Position numbers and translations under genes: made by a program. A stretch of 46,093 nt of DNA from assembly GCF_001194135.2 (NCBI RefSeq), contig NC_068993.1:2845903-2891995 (forward strand), written 5' to 3'. Shown here in pieces: positions 40,167 to 46,093 of the stretch. Every line of letters begins with the position of its first letter. Position 1 is the stretch's first letter. The notes beneath the pieces are model-generated. The model saw only the letters and a program-made list of their open reading frames with translations, had not been told where the DNA came from and made no database searches. Source of the DNA: Octopus bimaculoides. Taxonomy: Eukaryota.

Positions 40167-40816
40167 TAGATATAGAGAGAAGAGTTCTTTACTTGTATAC
40201 GATAGCTGACGTAATCCATCACCAAGGCAAACTTAATGACAAAAAGCGCGACTCGAAAGCAACAGTTATTTATTTGAAGTTGAACGATATTTCGGCATCT
40301 CGTGTCCTTCAACAGGTTCAAAATAAAATTGTCAGTCTAATTCATTTTTCTAGGTTATGTAGGACTGAAGTAACTCAACAGAAGTTTTTATAGATATAGA
40401 GAGTAGAGTTCTTTACTTGTATACAATTGACACAATCCAGGATTTTGTCAAGGAAAGGGAGTTGTTTATTGCTGTGTTCCATGGGGAATTGTATGTTGCT
40501 ATTGATATTGTTGAGCATTATTTTGAAATCAAGGAGTTTGTCCATGCTATTGTTCCAAAGTATAAAGCAATCATCTAAGTACCTTTTACAGTTCTCCTTT
40601 AAATAGCAATCAAATAAGGTGCCATATTTTTGTTGTGATAATTGGTATATTTTAAGTTCTAGATAACCCATTACAAGGTTCACAATCACTGGGGCAGCTC
40701 GAGTACCCATTGCAATTCCACATTTTGTCGAAAGTAAACTATATCGAACATTTATCTGGAGGATAAATTTCAGTGCTGCGATTATGAAGTTGTGGTTTTG
40801 GGTATTTTTCTAGCCA
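40167..40816 (-). mobile_element. Internally deleted Penelope-like element: RT fragment plus terminal direct-repeat unit
   Basis: Minus-strand translation WLEKYP / NFIIAALKFILQIN..CGIAMGTRAAPVIVNLVMGYLE..RYLDDCFILW..MLNNINSNIQFPMEHSNKQLPFLD carries the PLE RT motifs (G.AMG, RYLDD, IQF..E...LPFLD). A 34-nt direct repeat (40167-40200 and 40391-40424, 1 mismatch) brackets a 224-nt-period unit. Confidence 0.85.
40280..40321 (-). ncRNA. Hammerhead-like motif with non-canonical core (CUGUUGA) in the PLE terminal repeat
   Basis: Minus strand: TTGAAC-CTGTTGA-A-GG(A)CA(cgaga)TGCC-GAA-ATAT-C-GTTCAA. Perfect 6-bp stem I, stem II with one bulge, palindrome ATAT, predicted triplet AUC. Confidence 0.6.
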
Positions 40817-40842
40817 TATATATATATATATGTAAATATATG

Positions 40843-41002
40843 ACTGTCTTCTTTCAATTTCTATCAATCAAATCTACTCACAAGGTTTTGGTTGGTCCAA
40901 GGCTATAGCAGAAGATACTTATTCAAAGTGCCATATTATGGAACTGAACCCTGAACCATGTGATTGGCAAACAAGCTTCTTAGCACACAGCCATGGCTGC
41001 AC
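40843..41002 (-). mobile_element. SINE family A 5' half
   Basis: Reverse complement: gtgcagccatggctgtgtgctaagaagcttgtttgccaatcacatggttcagggttcagttcc...gccttggaccaaccaaaaccttgtgagtagatttg. Confidence 0.75.
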
Positions 41003-41450
41003 ACCTTGTTATTTCTGTTTTTCTGTAGCAGACATAATCTGCCCCTTAGATAAATGCTAGCAGCTGTTATTGGGTACATTTTGTGGTAGTACCATTCTCT
41101 TTTTGTGCATTGGAATCAGGTCAGCTTTTTGAAACATGTTTCCTGTATTCCTCTTACCATTCTTGGGCAATGCTCTTCCTATTTGTTCATAGCCAGAAGA
41201 AGTGTGAAAAAAAATGAATAATAAATATATAATAAATAAAATGTTAATTTTTTTTAAATGAAGTGTAGATTCAAAAGTGTAGATGCAAAATTAACTCAGA
41301 CTTTGAATACTCACCACTTCCATGGTTTTCCATTTATTCTACAAATATAAGTTATTTATATTCTACTTCACACTGCATTTTCAAATACAAAAAATCATAC
41401 ATACACACATAAATATATACATGTATGCATGCATGCATAAATACACATTT

Positions 41451-41496
<46 letters not shown>

Positions 41497-41982
41497 AAAT
41501 GTGTATGCTTCAGCATAGCCACAATCAAATGATGGAAACAAATAAAAGAATAAAAGTATACATATGTATATTTTTATCTCTCTATTTATCTATCTATGCA
41601 CACACACACACACACACGCACACATACACACACACATGCACGTACGCATGCACACACATGCATACACACGTAAATAAATATATATATACATGAATTTTTT
41701 CTCCTCCAATATTGAAGAAAATGACTATTTAGTATATCTATAAAATATTGTTTATATTCTTAACCTTTGACCTTTAACCTTATAAATACTTTGAAATATT
41801 GCACAATCTCTTTTAGTTTACTTTGGTTAAGTTTGTATTCCTCTGGAGTGAACTAAGTGTAAAATGCCAGAAGTCTTTTATTAGCTAATACACATGCACA
41901 CACACACACACATGCGCAGTGTGTGTGTGAGTGTGTGCATGTTGATCCTAGTATATGTGTGAATGTTTGTTAATGTTTGTGT

Positions 41983-42029
<47 letters not shown>

Positions 42030-42129
42030 CATACATATATATATATCTGCATACATAAAAATGCTTATGTATATGAAAGAGAGGAAAACATGTCTAACCC
42101 ATACCATCATTGAAAAATAGATGTAAATA

Positions 42130-42630
42130 ATGGTAGTAGTGGTGGTGGTGGTGGTGCTGCTGCTGCTGGTGGTGGTAGCAGTGGTGCTGGTGGTGGTAGT
42201 GGTGGTGGTGNNNNNNNNNNNNNNNNNNNNNNNNNNNNNNNNNNNNNNNNNNNNNNNNNNNNNNNNNNNNNNNNNNNNNNNNNNNNNNNNNNNNNNNNNN
42301 NNNNNNNNNNNNNNNNNNNNNNNNNNNNNNNNNNNNNNNNNNNNNNNNNNNNNNNNNNNNNNNNNNNNNNNNNNNNNNNNNNNNNNNNNNNNNNNNNNNN
42401 NNNNNNNNNNNNNNNNNNNNNNNNNNNNNGCTGCTGCTGGTGGTGGTAGCAGTGGTGCTGGTGGTGGTAGTGGTGGTGGTGGTGGTGCTGCTGCTGCTGG
42501 TGGTGGTAGCAGTGGTGCTGGTGGTGGTAGTGGTGGTGGTGATGACAATGATGACTACAATAAAGACAATGATGATAATGGAGATGGTGGTGGAGGAGGT
42601 TATGATGGGGGTGATGGTGGTGCTGATGAG
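42130..42630 (+). repeat. GGT/GCT array with a 60-bp higher-order unit spanning a gap (N at 42211-42429)
   Basis: The unit ctgctgctggtggtggtagcagtggtgctggtggtggtagtggtggtggtggtggtgctg recurs at 42431 and 42491, and the same unit precedes the gap. Confidence 0.85.
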
Positions 42631-42647
42631 TGACAGACAATCAGACG

Positions 42648-42678
<31 letters not shown>

Positions 42679-42973
42679 GGACAGACAGACAGACAGAGAT
42701 CAAAACGAACAAATTTTAAAGCAACAAACCAAGAAACCAAAGAAAAAACACAAGAATTTCTTACCTTACCAATAATTCTACCTCCTGGCACCAAGTTTAG
42801 TATCTGCGATCAAAGTTTAAAAATAAATTGATTGAATCTAAATTACCTGTGTTTGATATTTGTTTCTGTTTTTATTTTTTTACATTTTTTTCCCAATTTA
42901 ATGGAAAATAATTTTTATTTGTTGATGTTCTTTAATGTGTCTTGTTTTATATTTATCCCCTTTAGACATAAAG

Positions 42974-43054
42974 GGAGAGAGAAAGAATGAAAGAGAGAGA
43001 AAGAATGAGAGAGAGAGAAAGAATGAAAGAAAGAGAAAGAATGAGAGAGAGAGA
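42974..43054 (+). repeat. About 18-bp GA-rich minisatellite (gagagaaagaatga core, 4 copies)
   Basis: aaagaatga recurs four times at about 18-nt spacing. Confidence 0.8.
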
Positions 43055-43484
43055 GGCCTATTTTGGTAAAGGATAGTGCTGTCTCCTTCAGTTTACAATG
43101 GCACTGTTCTCTTTGCTCTCAGTCGATAAATACTAAATAAGAAGAAGACAAAGGAAGCCATCGCAATGCACCTTCTCTTCCTTTAGGGAAATGGAATCTT
43201 TTCTTTTTTTTTTTGTTTTTTTTTTTTACAAAAGGGTAGCTGATAGTGTCTACATCTGAATTTAGTTGCAGTCACTTGAGGGTAGTTTTTAATCCATAAA
43301 ACATATTTGAAAAGACACACTTGATATTTGATCCAGGGCAAAGATTGTTAATCACAAACGTACCATTTCCCTAGCTTCTGGCAATGTTCTCACTATGTGA
43401 TCAATAGCAAATATTGATTGAGCAAATCTTTTGGGGGCAGAAAACAATTTTACTCACCTTGATAGAAGATTATAATACAAAATA

Positions 43485-43592
43485 ATAATAATAGTAGTAG
43501 TAATAATAATGATGATTATGATGATGATGAGGAGAATGAGGATAGTGGTGGTGGTGGTGGTGGTGGTGACAACGATAATGATGATGATGATT
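43485..43592 (+). repeat. AAT/GAT/GGT trinucleotide tract
   Basis: Read directly from the sequence. Confidence 0.9.
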
Positions 43593-44144
43593 GAAGAAAT
43601 AAAATAGCAGGTAAAATGATGATAACAATTGACGAAATAGAATACCTGGTTAAATAGATTATATTTTGCATTGTCTTATTTAACTTTTTTGTTAAATTTT
43701 TCCCCAGATAAACCAAACAACAAAAAAATAAATGTCAAGTTCTTCCACCATATTTTCTTATTGTTTGTGTTGATCACTTTACTCCCCCCCCTCTTTTTTT
43801 TTTAAAGAAACATGTTAAAGGTTTAATAAAGTCAAGAACTGAAAAGACTGGAATATATTTTGAATTGATGTTGATGTCTTGGGAAAAGTCAGAAATATTC
43901 TTCACGAATGTCAAAGTTCATTTGGAGATATTTGGATAAACAGAGAATGGAATTATGAAAGATACACACCAATTGATAGAAAGATAATAAAAGAAGACTG
44001 TTGGAATGGTTTGCTTCTTTCTATCGACATTCTAAGAAATATAATGGTTAACTAAATCAACAACGTTAGAAAATTGTTTAAAATGGAGAAAACCTAAATC
44101 CAGAATTTTAATTCCTTTTATTTATTTTGTTTTTTATGCTCGTT

Positions 44145-44258
44145 GGACCCCAGTATCTTCTTTCTTTTAGCCTGGTACTTATTCTATTGGTCTGTTTTGA
44201 TGATATGCTAAGTTACAAGGATGTAAACAAACCAACACAGGTTGTCAAGTGGTGGTAG
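44145..44258 (-). mobile_element. SINE family A 3' fragment
   Basis: ggtacttattctattggtctg...gctaagttacaaggatgtaaacaaaccaacacaggttgtcaagtggtgg. Confidence 0.7.
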
Positions 44259-44260
44259 GA

Positions 44261-44736
44261 TGTAGAGGTTAAGATGCTGCATTCACAATAAAAAGTTTGT
44301 ATTTTCGATTCTTGGACCAGACAGAGAATTGTTTTCTTGAGCAAGACACTCCATTTCACATTGCTAAAAGTGTACTCGGCTGTAAATGAGTTCCAAGAAA
44401 TGACTGGTATTTTGGCCCAACCTCACACCAATGTGTCAGTCAGAAGATGGACTGATACACTGATACACCATGGCATCCAAGTCATGCATGGGCCTTATGA
44501 GTCCAATCTTGACAGACCCATCTAAAATACTTTCTCGACGATTGGACCCATAAGGCCCATACACACTGGTCTGTGGTTGGGCCAAAATACCAGTCATTTC
44601 TTGGAACTCGTTTACAACCTAGTACACTTTTAGCAATGTGAAATGAAGTGTCTTGCTCAAGAAAACAATGCTCTGCCTGGTCCAAGAATCGAAACTACAA
44701 ACTTTTTATTGTGATTACAACATCCTAACCACTACA
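44261..44736. repeat. SINE-derived long inverted repeat (foldback)
   Basis: 44261-44436 versus the reverse complement of 44561-44736: 15 mismatches in 176 nt by manual alignment, no gaps. Inner arms 44488-44508 and 44540-44560 match at 20 of 21. Confidence 0.9.
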
Positions 44737-44747
44737 CCATGCACCTG

Positions 44748-45110
44748 AGAAGTCTCCTTCCCAACCACATGGTCCCAGATTCAATCCCACTGCATGGTAC
44801 CTTCAATGAGTGTCTTCTACCTTGTGAATGGGTTTGGTGGAGGGAAACTGAAAGATGCTCATCACACACACACACACATGTATGTATATTTACATCTGTA
44901 TGTCTGTGTTTGTTCCTCACCATTACTTGATAAATGGTGTTGGTTTGGTTACATCCTTGTAACTTACCAGTTTGGCAAAAAAGACCAATGTAATAAGTAC
45001 CTCTCTTAAAAAAAGAATTTAAGAACCAGGGCTGATTCATTCAACTAAAATATATTATGTGGTGCCCCAGCATGGCTGCAGACTGACATGAGTAAAAAAT
45101 AAAGAATAAA
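44748..45110 (+). mobile_element. SINE family A, near full length
   Basis: cccaaccacatggtcccagattcaatcccactgcatgg...ggaaactgaaag...gtgccccagcatggctgcag...aaagaataaa. Confidence 0.8.
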
Positions 45111-45183
45111 TGATAAAAGATTTACAAGGATACAATACTCAAAAGCCACTCAGATCTTTGCATTTATACATTAGTCTTGTGTA

Positions 45184-45261
45184 GACCAGAACCACATGAC
45201 CAGAACCACATGACCAGAACCACATGACCAGAACCACATGACCAGAACCACATGACTAGAA
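45184..45261 (+). repeat. 14-bp minisatellite (GACCAGAACCACAT), 5 perfect copies plus a partial copy
   Basis: Perfect units start at 45184, 45198, 45212, 45226 and 45240. Confidence 0.95.
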
Positions 45262-46093
45262 AATGACAATCTCAGAAATACTAAACACCATTCCATGCCA
45301 TCAATTAAAGAATGTCCTATTTAGCAGCAGAAATATCAAGAATTCAAGTCTGACTTCTAAATAAAATGACATTTGGTTTTAGGAGAAAGTTGCAGAAGTT
45401 TGTTTCAAAACTTCCTGGCAGAAAAATGGCCATAAATTGGTATTAAAGCAGTTTCAAGAATCTGATTTCTCTGAATGGAGATATTAAAAGAATAAATGAA
45501 CTGTCATTGCTTTCTGGAATTAAAGAAGACGAAAAAAATTCTATGCCAGCTAATATAATCTGATTGGTCTGCTCTGAAGTATGAAGGGTGGGTTTATAAA
45601 GGATGGAGTTGTTGGTAGAGAGACTCATGTTGTTGTTGTTGTTGTAGATGTTGTTTTTTGTTGTTGTAGATAAAGTAGAAGTTGTTGTTACTGTTGATGT
45701 GTATCTTCTATTTTATTGTATCCTCTCATATTGTTTATTGCATATAAGAGAGAGAGAGTGTGTGTGAGTGTGTGTCTATATGTATACATGCACACATACA
45801 TATATGTACATGTGTGCCTAACCTATGTATGTATTGGCACATATTTTGTATGTACACACATACATACACACACACATGCATATCACTACACACTGCCACA
45901 AACACATACACACACACACACGCATTTTGGTTTGTTGTTCTTTTATTTGGAAGATCTGACCAATTAGCTGATGGAAATACAATGGTCTGCTTTTGAAATG
46001 TATTTAAGAAAAGTTTGTCTCAACCCCGACAACTACTGCTACCACACAAACACACACACACACATATATATATACATACATACATACACACAC

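Overview
AT-rich, repeat-dense animal genomic DNA from a gapped assembly (10 N-runs, about 3.07 kb in total). The SINE-like families and the extreme microsatellite load suggest a coleoid cephalopod, probably Octopus (inference from pattern recognition, not from a search). I cannot support any host protein-coding gene: nearly all ORFs in the track are translations of microsatellites, N-gaps or degraded repeats, so the window reads as intronic or intergenic. Supported content: many tRNA-headed SINE-like copies (labelled arbitrarily A, B, C and D here), one young full-length SINE with a target-site duplication, the 3' end of an RTE-type LINE, and a Penelope-like element (PLE) reverse-transcriptase fragment plus several more decayed PLE relics. 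The most interesting layer is hidden RNA structure. There are up to six minimal hammerhead-ribozyme-like motifs of the PLE type: one with an intact core (7977-8022), two unrelated ones sharing the same non-canonical core change CUGANGA to CUGUNGA (11838-11875 and 40280-40321, the latter inside the terminal repeat of the PLE RT fragment), one with stem II deleted, and two decayed. There is also a roughly 480-bp SINE-derived foldback palindrome (44261-44736). None of this proves a new system; the A6-to-U hammerhead variants are the best testable lead.
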